Assembly: GCA_963812605.1 (NCBI GenBank)
Contig: CAWEWF010000001.1
Span: forward strand, 355,580-419,579
Length of the DNA stretch: 64,000 nucleotides
Direction: 5' to 3'
Origin: an uncultured Verrucomicrobiae bacterium
Lineage (GTDB): Bacteria > Verrucomicrobiota > Verrucomicrobiia > Palsa-1439
The notes beneath the pieces are model-generated. The model did not search any database. It saw only the letters and a program-made list of their open reading frames with translations, and was not told the origin of the DNA. The translations under genes and the position numbers were made by a program. This document shows positions 48,726-59,102 of this stretch, piece by piece (the stretch's first letter is position 1; each line of letters starts with the position of its first letter).

Positions 48726-50483
48726 TTAGCGCTTATTAAGCGCCTTCTCCACGTCTTTGAGAGGGAGGCAATTAATGACGTCGGATTTGGTCAGCCAGCC
48801 TTTGCGGGCGATGCCGACGCCGACGGCGAGGAACTGGAGGTCGGGGATATTATGGGCGTCAGGGTTGATGGCGCATTTGACGCCGAGTTCCTTGGCGTGT
48901 TTCCAGAGGCGCCAATCCATGTCGAGACGGTAGGGGTGAGCATTGATCTCAATGACCTTGCTGTGCTTGGCGGCGGCGGCGATGACCTCGGGCATGTTGA
49001 CAGCGTAGCCTTCGCGTTCCAACAACAAACGGCCTGTGGGATGACCGAGCATCGTGACCAGCGGGTGCGCGAGCGCCTTGCAGATGCGCTTCGTCATCTT
49101 CCCGGCGTCCATGGTGAAGCCCTGATGAACGCTCGCGACGACGTAATCAAAGAGCGCGAGCGTCTTATCGTCGAAATCGAGCGAGCCATCGGCCAGAATG
49201 TCGCACTCGGTGCCGAAGAAGATGCGGAAACCTTCCTTGGCGAACTTGACGTTCAATTTTGTGATCTCCGCTGCTTGCAGGCGGACGCGTTTCTCGTCGA
49301 GACCGTTGGCCTGATACTCGGATTTACTGTGGTCGGCGATGCCGAGATATTCCAAACCCAAATCCAGCGCCGCCCGTGCCATGGCCTCCACCGTCTCGAT
49401 GCCATCGCTCCAGGTCGAATGACAATGGAAAGTGCCGCGAAGGTTTTCCAGCACGATCAATTTTGGCAGAGTCCCTTTCTCCGCGGCTTCGATTTCGCCC
49501 ATGTCTTCGCGCAATTCGGGCTCGACGTAATCGAGTCCAAGCGCCTTGTAGAAGTCCTCCTCGGTTTTGCACTTGATGGAACTACCCAATTCCTTCGCGC
49601 TCTTTTCTTTCTCGGCGGCGGGTGAGAAGCCGTATTCATTGAGCGAAAGATTCTTCAACTTCAACGCCCGCGCGCGAAGCGCGATGTTGTGCTCCTTGCT
49701 GCCGGTAAAATAGTTGAGCGCGAAGGCATACTGGTCGTCGGTGACGACGCGCAGGTCGGCCTGGATACCGCCCTTCAAGATCACGCTGGCCTTCGTCTCC
49801 CCCTTGGCGCTAACACTGAGGACGCCGGGGATCTCGACGAAGTCCTCAATGATTGCCGCGGCGTCCTTCGGTTTGGCGCTGACGAGAAAGTCGATGTCGC
49901 CGATGGTTTCACGGCAGCGACGCAAGCTGCCCCCGATGCTGCAACGAATCACGCCCGCGTGCGATCGCAATGCCTCAAGAATGGGCTTGGCGGCGGCATA
50001 GGCCTTGTCATAAAGATGACGGCCGCTGAACTGCCGCACGAGCGCGATGCCTTCGAGGATTTTCTGCTGCGATTTTTCGCCGAAACCAGCCAGTGCGGCG
50101 ATCTTGCCCGCTTTGCAGGCGGCTTCCAGTTTCTCGACGGAATCGATCTTGAGTTTGTCGTACAGAATCTTTGCCCGTTTCGGGCCAAACCCGGGGATCT
50201 TTAGCATTTCCAGCAGACCTTGCGGCATTGAAGACTTCAACTCTTCGTGAAAGCCCAGTTTGTTTGTCGTGTACAATTCGGTGATCTTGGCCGCGAGGTC
50301 CTTGCCGATGCCCTTGATGTCCGTCAGGCGCTCTTCCTTGATGAGCGTACCGAGGTCCTCCGATAGACCGTCCACCATGCGCGCGGCGTTGTAATAGGCG
50401 CGCACGCGGAATGGGTTGTCCCCTTTCAACTCCAGCAGCCCCCCAATCTCCTCAAAAACTTCGGCGATTTCCTTTTTATTCAT
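48726..50483 (-). CDS. DNA polymerase X family protein with C-terminal PHP phosphoesterase domain
   Basis: Pol-beta-like HhH motifs (IPGFGPKRA), nucleotidyltransferase CSIGGSLRRCRETIGDIDFLV, and PHP motifs (HCHSTWSDG, GIADHS). Confidence 0.85.
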   Translation of the reverse strand: MNKKEIAEVFEEIGGLLELKGDNPFRVRAYYNAARMVDGLSEDLGTLIKEERLTDIKGIGKDLAAKITELYTTNKLGFHEELKSSMPQGLLEMLKIPGFGPKRAKILYDKLKIDSVEKLEAACKAGKIAALAGFGEKSQQKILEGIALVRQFSGRHLYDKAYAAAKPILEALRSHAGVIRCSIGGSLRRCRETIGDIDFLVSAKPKDAAAIIEDFVEIPGVLSVSAKGETKASVILKGGIQADLRVVTDDQYAFALNYFTGSKEHNIALRARALKLKNLSLNEYGFSPAAEKEKSAKELGSSIKCKTEEDFYKALGLDYVEPELREDMGEIEAAEKGTLPKLIVLENLRGTFHCHSTWSDGIETVEAMARAALDLGLEYLGIADHSKSEYQANGLDEKRVRLQAAEITKLNVKFAKEGFRIFFGTECDILADGSLDFDDKTLALFDYVVASVHQGFTMDAGKMTKRICKALAHPLVTMLGHPTGRLLLEREGYAVNMPEVIAAAAKHSKVIEINAHPYRLDMDWRLWKHAKELGVKCAINPDAHNIPDLQFLAVGVGIARKGWLTKSDVINCLPLKDVEKALNKR

Positions 50484-50493
50484 GCCAAATCCT

Positions 50494-50955
50494 TCATGAA
50501 TTCGAATGCGTGGGTGATTTCACCTGCAACGTCGAGTTCACTTCGCGCACTCCGTCGGTTTCCAGGGCAATCAACATGGCCCTTCCAATTTGGTCGTGGG
50601 AAGCGACATTACCGGCCAAAGTGACACGGCCATCCGTGGTGTTGACGGAGATGCCGAAGATGGAGAGGTCACGTTCCAGCGCATACTTGGCCTTGATCTT
50701 CGTGGTAATCGCGGTATCCGAAGAGGCGCTGGCCACGGCGGCGCCGAATTCGGTGGCTTGGCGGCGCAAGACCTTTCCCGTGTGTCCAAGTTCGTCCTGG
50801 ATGTCGTCACCCCGAAGATGCCAGGCGGCCAGCCTGGCATCGAGAACATCCCACGCATGCGCCACGCGAGGGTCGTTTCTCGCAACGATGAAGTACCAGC
50901 CGGTTGTCGCCATCAGAAATGCGCCGACCAGAAGTCCGGTGAAGAAGTTTTTCAT
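50494..50955 (-). CDS. BON domain (OsmY-like) periplasmic protein
   Basis: Signal/TM segment then two BON-like segments (ITTKIKAKYALERDLSIFGISVNTTDGRVTLAGNV). Start taken at the internal ATG at 50955. Confidence 0.55.
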   Translation of the reverse strand: MKNFFTGLLVGAFLMATTGWYFIVARNDPRVAHAWDVLDARLAAWHLRGDDIQDELGHTGKVLRRQATEFGAAVASASSDTAITTKIKAKYALERDLSIFGISVNTTDGRVTLAGNVASHDQIGRAMLIALETDGVREVNSTLQVKSPTHSNS

Positions 50956-51026
50956 GTCGTTTTCCGGCAAACATCTTATCGCCGAAACCTTGCCGAGGCA
51001 ATCCAGCGAAAACAGGCGTACCGTCG

Positions 51027-54000
51027 TCAGGGCGAGGGTTCCACGGCGACGAATCCGGTCTGGTCCGGGCCCAGGAAGAAACCGGCGCCATCGTTTTGTT
51101 TTTGGAGGAGCGCACCCCGAAACACTGTCGGCTTGGCTGTGGCGGGGTCGACGAAGCTTCCCGAGAACAATCCCGTCTTCGCAGTGATGGTCAACTTGAA
51201 CCCGTCGGCAACGCACGGTGTGACCTTATTGTTGGTGTTCAGCGTCACGGAATTACTGACGAACGAAGCCAGGTCTCCCGCGCCGGACGTAACGAGGAGG
51301 TTACAGGTTGCATCCGAGACATTCAACGCGGCAGCACCCGGCGGTGGTGCGGCGTACACCGAACCCAGAAGCGTGATCTGTGTCTTAAACCCGTTGGGAA
51401 AAAGTTTGGCGCCCGCGATTGCCCGGCTTGAACCAGGTCAGCGTGCCGCCGAGGTCGCTGACACCAACGATGTTGGTGAAAGTCACGAAGCCCTCGATGG
51501 AACCCTGTTTTACGTACAAGGGAATGTAGACGGGCCACATCCCATTCTCGGAGACCGTCGCCGTTTGCGAAATCCGCGTACCATCACCCAACGTGGCGGA
51601 AAGTCGAATCTTGCCGCCAGCATCCACCTTGAGGCTCCCGTAACCATTCCCTTGCGGGAAAGACGGGCCGGTATCACCTGGATTTGGCGGCAGCACAATG
51701 GTGTAATTCCCCGCGTATTGCGGGGCTGGATTGGTCTTGATATTGAACGGGGAAAGATTGGCGGTCACCGCGGATGTGGTCGTTCCGTCCGATACAGTGC
51801 CAGTAATCCGGTCGGTCCCGTTCGTGAGATCGATCTGGAGCATCACGGTCAGTGAACTTGCCCCGGTGCGGTTGATCACAGAACTGGAATCGCCATTGTT
51901 GTCAAAAACACCGGCGAACGATTGGGCAACTCCACCCAGGGTGAATTTGGAGGAGAACGTGCCGTCACTATTCGCCGTGATGCTGATTGTGCCGGAGTTT
52001 GCCTGCGAGAAGGGGTTCGCCTGAATCAGCCCTTGATAAGCGCCAGCCACCGCTCCGAAGTTCGCCAGAGTGGCATTCGTCCCGTTATAGATGATGAGGG
52101 CAAAATCCTGGTCGGGCGAGGCTGGATCGCCAGATACGGCGCCCGAGTTGATATTGGCGGCGGTAGTCGTAACCGTGAAGCCGCCGATTGTGCCCGCTGG
52201 CAGAAAGACACTTTCGACATTGTTGCGGTGATCCGCCACACCTCCCGTAACGGAAGTCGCGCCATGGAATACATTCCCTTTGTAGGTCGCACCCGCAATC
52301 GTCACGGTCAGGTCGAGATCGTTGTTGAGGGCAAGGCCCCCCGTCGTGCTGCCAGGCGCGTCCGTCCATGCCAGCGTCACCCGGAATGGTTTGGAGGGAT
52401 CAGTGATTACCCCGGTGATTGTGCGCGCCTGGCCGGAAGCGGTGAACTTATCGGCGGTGAGTTCGTCCCGCAGGATGCGCTGCGCGCCGTCGAAGGCGGT
52501 TCCGAGATCCAAGGCGCCCATCCCCTGGCTGTTCGAGAAAAGATTGTCGTTGGCGCCCGAGCCGGTGACGTAGCGGGCGGAATTCATCAGGTATGCCTTG
52601 GTCATGGCAGGGCTGGGTGGGGGGAGTGATTGGTTGATAAAGTATTGACGCAACAAAGCGCAGGCGCCCGCCACCGCGGGCGCGGAATGGCTTGTCCCCG
52701 AGGACTCGGTGAAGAATTGCTGGCCGACTGGGAAAAAGTTGCTGGCGCTGATAAAACCACTGCCCGGCAGCCCGCAGACGCCGAGCTGGGTCGGGTCGAA
52801 TTCCGTGCCGAAATTAAAAAAGCAGTCCAAGGCCAGGCCGGTGCCACTGGGCGATGGCGGCGGGGAACCTTGAGGCGCGCCGCCGGTAATGTGCGAGGAA
52901 GGCGCGACGATATCCGGCTTGACCCGGCCATCCGCACACGGTCCGCGGCCGGAGAAACTGGCGATATCGTTCGCGCTGTTGGCATCCGTATCGAAGGTGG
53001 AACAACCGTCGTCGCCCGCCGTGTTATTGCCCCCGTTGGCGGTGGACATCGAGCGGACATTTTCGATGCCCCCAACGGCAATGATGTTTTTCGCGGTGGC
53101 CGGGGCAGTTATGGTTTGCGAGCCAGGGCCCCCATCACCATCCGAGAACACAAAAACCATTTCCTGGTTGCCGCCAACCGCTGGCTCCGCATCACGCACC
53201 AGCGCATCGTAGGCTTGCGAGTCGGAATTATACGAATCATCGTCCTCTCCCCAACTGTTATTACTGATGCGGGCGCCATCGTGGTAGGCCTGGGACGCCA
53301 ACGTTGGAAAGTCCGGATTCGTAAAATTGATCGGATCGAAAATCACCGAAGACCCAACCCGGACGAATGGACAGACACCGAGGTCGTAATAATAGCCGGC
53401 GGCATCCGTGTGGGGAAAGCCGGCGGCTGATTGTCATAGCCGCAGACAATATGAGCGTTGAGATTCCCATGGCCATCACAGCCCTCGAGGGTGCTGCCCG
53501 GATTGTTGGGTGTGCCCGCCAGGCGGTTGTAGATAACGCGGCTGGCGTTGCCGGTGTCACCGAGTTCGTAGAGGGCAAAATGCCCCGGGGTGATGGTGCC
53601 ATTATCGATGCCGCTGTCGCTGATGTCCACGGCGAATCCCGAAGCGGTAAATTGGGCCTGCGTGAATCCTTTGCTCGCCAACCACGCCAGATAACCCGGT
53701 GCGGTGGGCGCATCCCCCGTCAGATTGCCGGCGACGATCTGGTCCTGACGCTCGTCCTGTTTCCTTGGCGCATGGTGGGGCTGAATGGAAACCACATCCG
53801 GCTGAGCGGCGATCAAGTTCAAGTCTTGTATGCGGAGCCGCACCAGCACATTCACATACTGTAGTAAATTGTACTGGCGGTGGATCGGTTCCAGCTTGAG
53901 CCGGTCGATCAGCGCCAGCGTGGCCGCGTTTGCGGCAGGATCCGCAACGAGTTGAATTGCGAATTCATCGGTTGTAAGTTGTTGCGAGTTGCCATTCGCG

Positions 54001-54617
54001 TCCACGAGCCGCGCTTTGGGATGGATTCTGTAACTGTCCTGATACTCGCCGTCCCACTGCACATACGCCGTCGTTCCAGTGAAGCGCTGCAGCCTGGCCA
54101 GGGACGGGGCATCTCCATACACCAGGTAGGTATTCTCCGGGAGGTAATCGATAATTTGCGCGCCCGTTTTCTTCAACGCTTCATGCCAGGCTTTTTGCAC
54201 GGGGCCAATGAACTGAACCAGGTGCAGGCGTTTGCCGCTGAATGCCCCGACCGGCTGACGAAGCGACTTCCCGGCCGTGGTTGAGGTGTCGATTAGCGCC
54301 GCATTGAGGAGAATTCCATTGCTGTCGTCACGAACTTCCGCGTGATCCGATTGCAACACTTCGGGCCGAACGTGATCCACCTCGTAGAGTTGAAAACTCC
54401 CGTAATCCGCCAGGAGTTGGCCGCCATCTTCCACAATCAACTTCGCGATCGAAGGGTCCCAGACCTTGATTTTGTGAGCTTCCGCCGGGCGGGCGGCAAC
54501 CAGGAATGCACAAAGGAAAAAAACCGCCAGAAGAGGGAATGAACATGGCCCTCTCCCGCATCGTGGCGGACCCAATTGCATAACATAAGGCGGTGTCAGC
54601 ACCGCAATTTTCCCCAC
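51027..54617 (-). CDS. Large secreted subtilisin-like serine peptidase (S8) with long beta-rich C-terminal region; interrupted by two frameshifts
   Basis: Signal peptide. Catalytic Asp (DSGID) and His (GHGN) are in ORF 53343-54617. Asn (NNSWG) and Ser (GTSHSAP) are in ORF 51385-53346. The C-terminal continuation is in ORF 51027-51359. Frameshifts sit at a CCCC run (about 53420) and an AAAAA run (about 51400). Confidence 0.7.
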
Positions 54618-54691
54618 TCTTTGCAGACTTGACTGCGATGCTGTTTATCTAGCACAGAAGGAACAAACTGTCCATCGTTGGTGACCGCCGC

Positions 54692-55336
54692 TCAGTAATC
54701 GGGATATTTGCAGTCAAGGAGTTGTGGGCGGAATCGTTTGTAGGCGGAGACAGATTCGCGAATGACCGTGTGCGCGTCAATGCGTCCGCGGAAATCCTCG
54801 ACCACCACGTGGCCGGTTTTTTCCAGTTCCTTGTAGATTTCGAAGAAGTGACGGATTTCGCGCAGCGTGTGTGGCGGCAATTGCGAGATGTCGGTATAGC
54901 TGGAGTAAATCGGGTCGTTGGTATGGACGGCAATGATCTTGATGTCCTCCGCCCCCGAGTCGTTCATGGGCAGCATGCCAATGGGCCGGGCCTTCATCAC
55001 GCAGCCGGGAATGACCGGCTCCTGCGACAGCACCAGAACATCCAGCGGATCGTGGTCGCGGCAGTAGGTCTGCGGAATGAAACCATAATTGCTGGGATAA
55101 TGGACGGCGCTGTGCAGCGTACGGCTGATGTGGAGAATGCCGTTGCGCTTGTCGAGTTCGTATTTGATCTTGCTGCGCATCGGGCATTCGATAAACGCGT
55201 TGCAATCATCGGGCACCTTGTCGCCCGGGGACAGGACATGAAAGGGGTTGTACCACGCCGGCTGCAACGCCGTGCCCGAAAGCGCGGCGGGTTTTGCCTT
55301 TGAAATCTTCTTCGATTTTGCAGTTTTACGAGCCAT
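54692..55336 (-). CDS. ppa: Inorganic pyrophosphatase
   Basis: DHDPLDVLV motif and conserved family I PPase pattern. Confidence 0.85.
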   Translation of the reverse strand: MARKTAKSKKISKAKPAALSGTALQPAWYNPFHVLSPGDKVPDDCNAFIECPMRSKIKYELDKRNGILHISRTLHSAVHYPSNYGFIPQTYCRDHDPLDVLVLSQEPVIPGCVMKARPIGMLPMNDSGAEDIKIIAVHTNDPIYSSYTDISQLPPHTLREIRHFFEIYKELEKTGHVVVEDFRGRIDAHTVIRESVSAYKRFRPQLLDCKYPDY

Positions 55337-55392
55337 CTTCGCGGGACTCTAATGGACGGGCCTGCCGCACGCAACGTCAAAGGACAAGGAAA

Positions 55393-55884
55393 CTAACGGT
55401 CGGCGATCTCGCGCAATTGTTTCTGGCGCATCAACCAGCGAAGTTGGCCGGCGCCGGCGCGCAGTTGCTCCAATTCGACGCAGGCGACGCTGGCTTTGCC
55501 CAGCGGAAAGGCTTCCGGGCTTTCCGCGCCGATGAGCGCCGCCAGATGTTCGGACAATGACGGCATATGGCCGACCAACAGGATCTCATTGGCGGAGGCA
55601 AAGGGTTTCAAGGTTTTGAGAAACGCGGCGATGGTCGTGTTGTTCGCGAGTTCCTTCAGAAACTCCACGTCACCCGGGAACTTCAGCACCTGCGCGGTGA
55701 TCTCCGCCGTTTGGCGGGCGCGCAGCAAGGGGCTGCTCAGGACGTGGGAAAGCCCAACCCCCAGTTCCGCAAGAGCGGCGCCGACAATCCGCGCTTCCTC
55801 CCGCCCCTCTCGTGTCAGTTCCCGCTCCGCATCACTTGGCGCAACATCGACGGCGGTAGCATGACGCAACAAGTAGAGCTTCAT
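55393..55884 (-). CDS. sixA: Phosphohistidine phosphatase SixA-like (histidine phosphatase superfamily)
   Basis: LLRHA N-terminal RHG-type motif; 163 aa. Confidence 0.65.
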   Translation of the reverse strand: MKLYLLRHATAVDVAPSDAERELTREGREEARIVGAALAELGVGLSHVLSSPLLRARQTAEITAQVLKFPGDVEFLKELANNTTIAAFLKTLKPFASANEILLVGHMPSLSEHLAALIGAESPEAFPLGKASVACVELEQLRAGAGQLRWLMRQKQLREIADR

Positions 55885-57260
55885 CAGCCCAGGTGTTCAC
55901 GCGGGTCGGTGATATGCCCGGTGAGGGCGCTGGCGGCCACGGTGTAGGGCGACGCGAGGAACACCTGCGATTCGAGGTGGCCCATTCTGCCGGGAAAATT
56001 ACGGTTGGTTGCGCTGATGCACTTCATCGGTTTGTTCAACCGGCCAAAGGTGTCGGTCGGTCCGCCGAGGCAGGCAGCGCAACTGGCGTTCTCGGTCATT
56101 TGCACTCCGGCTTCTTCGAGAACCTGCCACACCGTCCGGGCGTTCATCTTCATGGCCTGCAACTCGCGCACGACGTCGGGCGTTGCGGGCACGCCGAAGG
56201 TATCGATCTTGACCTTGTGCCCGTTGATCACCTCGGCGAATGCGAGGAAGTCACTGGTTTTGCCGCCGGTGCAGGAACCGATGTAGGCGCGGTCGAGTTG
56301 AACCGCGCTCATGTCGCGGGCGAGCTTGCGGTTGCCTGGATTGGGATGACACGCGACCGTGGGCTCGAGTTTCGAAAGATCGAATTTCTTATCGTAAACG
56401 AATTTCTGCTGGTCGTCGGCATCGCAAAAGAGCGGCTCGTATTTTGTCTTGGTGCCATTGCTCCTGGTGCGCGCGTCAACGTACGCGAACGTCGTTTCGT
56501 CCGGCTCGAAAATACCGTTCTTGCCGCCGGCTTCGATGGCCATGTTGGCGATGGTCATGCGGTCGTCCATGTTGAGAGCCTTCGCGCCGGGTCCCTGGAA
56601 CTGCATCGCCCGATACGTCGCGCCGTCGAAACCGATGTCGCCGATGCATTCGAGGATGACGTCCTTGGCCATCACGCCTTTCGGCAGCGTGCCCTCGAGC
56701 CAGAACCGCATCGTCTCCGGCACCTTGAGGAGCAACTTGCCCGTACCGAAGACAAAACCCGCGTCGGTGTTACCGATGCCCGTGGCAAATTCCCCGAACG
56801 CGCCCGCCATGCAGGTATGCGAGTCTGTTCCGAGCAGGATTTCGCCGGGTCGCGTGTGGCCCTTCGCGGGCAGGGCCGTGTGGCAAACGCCCGCGAAATT
56901 GCTGCCGTACTGGCGTTTGAGTTGGCCCTCGCTCGCATCGAATGCCCAGTGGCCGTCCGGGTCATCGATCACGTCGTAGAAATACTTCAGCCCCTGTTCC
57001 CGCACGAAGTCACGCAAGATGTCCACGTTGCGGTTCGATTTTGAATCCGCGGTGAAAATGTAGTGGTCGGGGATGATGACAATTTTCTCGCGATCCCACA
57101 CTTTGGCGTTCGCGCCGAACTCGCGCTTGAACACGCCGATGGTGCCCGGCCCGCACACATCATGGGTCATGAGAACGTCCACGTTTACCCAGACGTTGTC
57201 GCCGGGTTGCACCGATTTCTTGCCCGAGGCGCGGGCCATGATCTTTTCTGTAAGTGTCAT
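55884..57260 (-). CDS. Aconitase-family dehydratase large subunit (archaeal-type LeuC / homoaconitase-like)
   Basis: Start MTLTEKI at 57260. Motifs GTDSHTCMAG, MRF.LEG and cluster Cys residues. No small-subunit gene is adjacent. Confidence 0.75.
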   Translation of the reverse strand: MTLTEKIMARASGKKSVQPGDNVWVNVDVLMTHDVCGPGTIGVFKREFGANAKVWDREKIVIIPDHYIFTADSKSNRNVDILRDFVREQGLKYFYDVIDDPDGHWAFDASEGQLKRQYGSNFAGVCHTALPAKGHTRPGEILLGTDSHTCMAGAFGEFATGIGNTDAGFVFGTGKLLLKVPETMRFWLEGTLPKGVMAKDVILECIGDIGFDGATYRAMQFQGPGAKALNMDDRMTIANMAIEAGGKNGIFEPDETTFAYVDARTRSNGTKTKYEPLFCDADDQQKFVYDKKFDLSKLEPTVACHPNPGNRKLARDMSAVQLDRAYIGSCTGGKTSDFLAFAEVINGHKVKIDTFGVPATPDVVRELQAMKMNARTVWQVLEEAGVQMTENASCAACLGGPTDTFGRLNKPMKCISATNRNFPGRMGHLESQVFLASPYTVAASALTGHITDPREHLG

Positions 57261-57301
57261 AGTATGCCAACTTCGAAGCCCCACAGGATACACGAGCAAT
57301 T

Positions 57302-57994
57302 GTGTCCGCGCAACATCCGCGCTACACTTCAAGCATGTTGGAAACCTGGGATTTTCTCTGTTCCCCGCCCGGCGGCGCGGCCTTCAACATGGCGCTGGAC
57401 GAATCATTGTTGCGCACGGCGGTAAAACGCGGGCGCCCGTTGCTGCGGGTTTATTCGTGGGAGAAGCCGGCGGTCACCTTTGGCTATTTCCAGAAATTCC
57501 CCACGCAACTTGCTGAGAATTACGAGGTGGTGCGTCGTTCCACGGGCGGCGGTGTGGTGTATCATGTTGAGGACACAACCTACACGGTTATCGTTCCCCC
57601 CGGGCATTCGTTGCACGCCATGAAGACCACGGACGCCTATTGTGCGTTGCACAAGGCCGTCGCCGCCGCGTTCGAGACGCGACCGCACCTGCACGAGGCC
57701 GAACTTCATTCACCGCAGGGCCAATACGAGTGTTTCCAGAAACCTATGCGCGGCGATGTCGTGACCAGTGGTCGCAAGTTGGCCGGCGGCGCCCAGCGCC
57801 GCACGAAGTCCGGTATGTTGCATCAAGGGTCCATTGACGCGAAAGTTTCCGTTGAGCAACTCAAACAAGGTTTTCAAGAAGCATTGGGCATCGATTTCGA
57901 GGACTACGAACTCACGGAGTCAGAGCGGACGGTTGCGGAAAAACTTTCCAGCGAGAAGTACGCAACCGATACCTGGAATCGGTACTTACGCTAG
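57302..57994 (+). CDS. Biotin/lipoate A/B protein ligase family protein (LplA/LipM-like)
   Basis: BPL/LPL catalytic pattern RRSTGGGVVYH...KLAGGAQRR. Confidence 0.55.
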   Translation: MSAQHPRYTSSMLETWDFLCSPPGGAAFNMALDESLLRTAVKRGRPLLRVYSWEKPAVTFGYFQKFPTQLAENYEVVRRSTGGGVVYHVEDTTYTVIVPPGHSLHAMKTTDAYCALHKAVAAAFETRPHLHEAELHSPQGQYECFQKPMRGDVVTSGRKLAGGAQRRTKSGMLHQGSIDAKVSVEQLKQGFQEALGIDFEDYELTESERTVAEKLSSEKYATDTWNRYLR

Positions 57995-58077
57995 AGTCAT
58001 TTAGGTCGACCCGGGTTGCTCGATTTGGCCGGGTTTGGCTTGGAAGTCGGGGGATTTCAGAGTTTCCGCAACAAGCG

Positions 58078-59067
58078 CTATTTGAAAACCATAGCAAGGA
58101 TGCCAGCCGAGACGCCCACCGCGGACAATAGCGCCAAGATAGACGCGCAGGCGCACGAGATGAGTATCAGCGCCAAAGGAATACTGTTCATACATATCGA
58201 CAAGAGTGTCTTTGTTTCAAGCGCGAGAATGCATCCCGATAGAAGTGTGACATACCCGATGGCCAGAAGGTTTCCAATGGTTGCCAACCAGTAAATCATC
58301 CCTGCATGCGCGATCGGTGACATCCAAACAGCGATGAAGCCGAGAACCATCAAGCTTGCTGCCAAGGGGGTGCCAATAGTCACCAGTTTGTAGGTTCCAT
58401 CGGTTGTCGTGGTTTTTCGTCTTCGAAGGGACTTCCAAATGACACAAACGGGGGAGAGCATCATGGCGAGGGCTATTGCGGCATTTATAAGGTCTTCAGA
58501 CCACCATCTGCGCAAAAGCTTTTCGTCCATGTAATATCCGATATCGATCTGACTGCCATCGATTCGAACCCGACTCATCAATCGGCCCATCGTGTAGTGA
58601 TCGACAAAAAAACGGTACTCGGCCAAACCGCCGCCATCGTAAAAGATGAACGAACCGTCCCACCTCGTACCGTCTTGCCACGTTCCTTCAGCCAAAACCT
58701 GTCCATTCCTGTCCCGCCAAGTGCTCCGGATGGGTTTTCCATCGAGATACTGCACTTCCTCAAACGTAGCTCCATCATTGTGGCGGGTCAGTTCCCGCCG
58801 TTTGCCATGGATGGCAAACCTGTTTCGAGGCTGCACAACACCCGTACATCCCTTGTAAATGTATTCGCTGAAATTCCATAATGGATCGCTGCGGAAACGA
58901 AGGAATTCAACGGGCGTATAGAGAAAATAAGCGAGCTTGCCAACGCCGAACACTTCCGCGACTGGAAGAATGAAACCGTAAGAAGCGAGGTACACGAAAA
59001 GCAGAGCGATCGCCAATCCTGCTGCGACCGTCCTTTTACCAGCTTCTCTCGGAGTCTGCAGCGCCAC
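58078..59067 (-). CDS. Membrane protein with MORN-variant-like repeats and multi-TM C-terminal half; low-GC
   Basis: Repeat-like GTWQDGTRWDGSFIFYDGGG; hydrophobic C-terminal 120 aa; AT-rich relative to neighbours. Confidence 0.35.
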   Translation of the reverse strand: MALQTPREAGKRTVAAGLAIALLFVYLASYGFILPVAEVFGVGKLAYFLYTPVEFLRFRSDPLWNFSEYIYKGCTGVVQPRNRFAIHGKRRELTRHNDGATFEEVQYLDGKPIRSTWRDRNGQVLAEGTWQDGTRWDGSFIFYDGGGLAEYRFFVDHYTMGRLMSRVRIDGSQIDIGYYMDEKLLRRWWSEDLINAAIALAMMLSPVCVIWKSLRRRKTTTTDGTYKLVTIGTPLAASLMVLGFIAVWMSPIAHAGMIYWLATIGNLLAIGYVTLLSGCILALETKTLLSICMNSIPLALILISCACASILALLSAVGVSAGILAMVFK

Positions 59068-59102
59068 GGCGGGCCTTTCAATTCTGATTCATGTAGTAGC
59101 GC

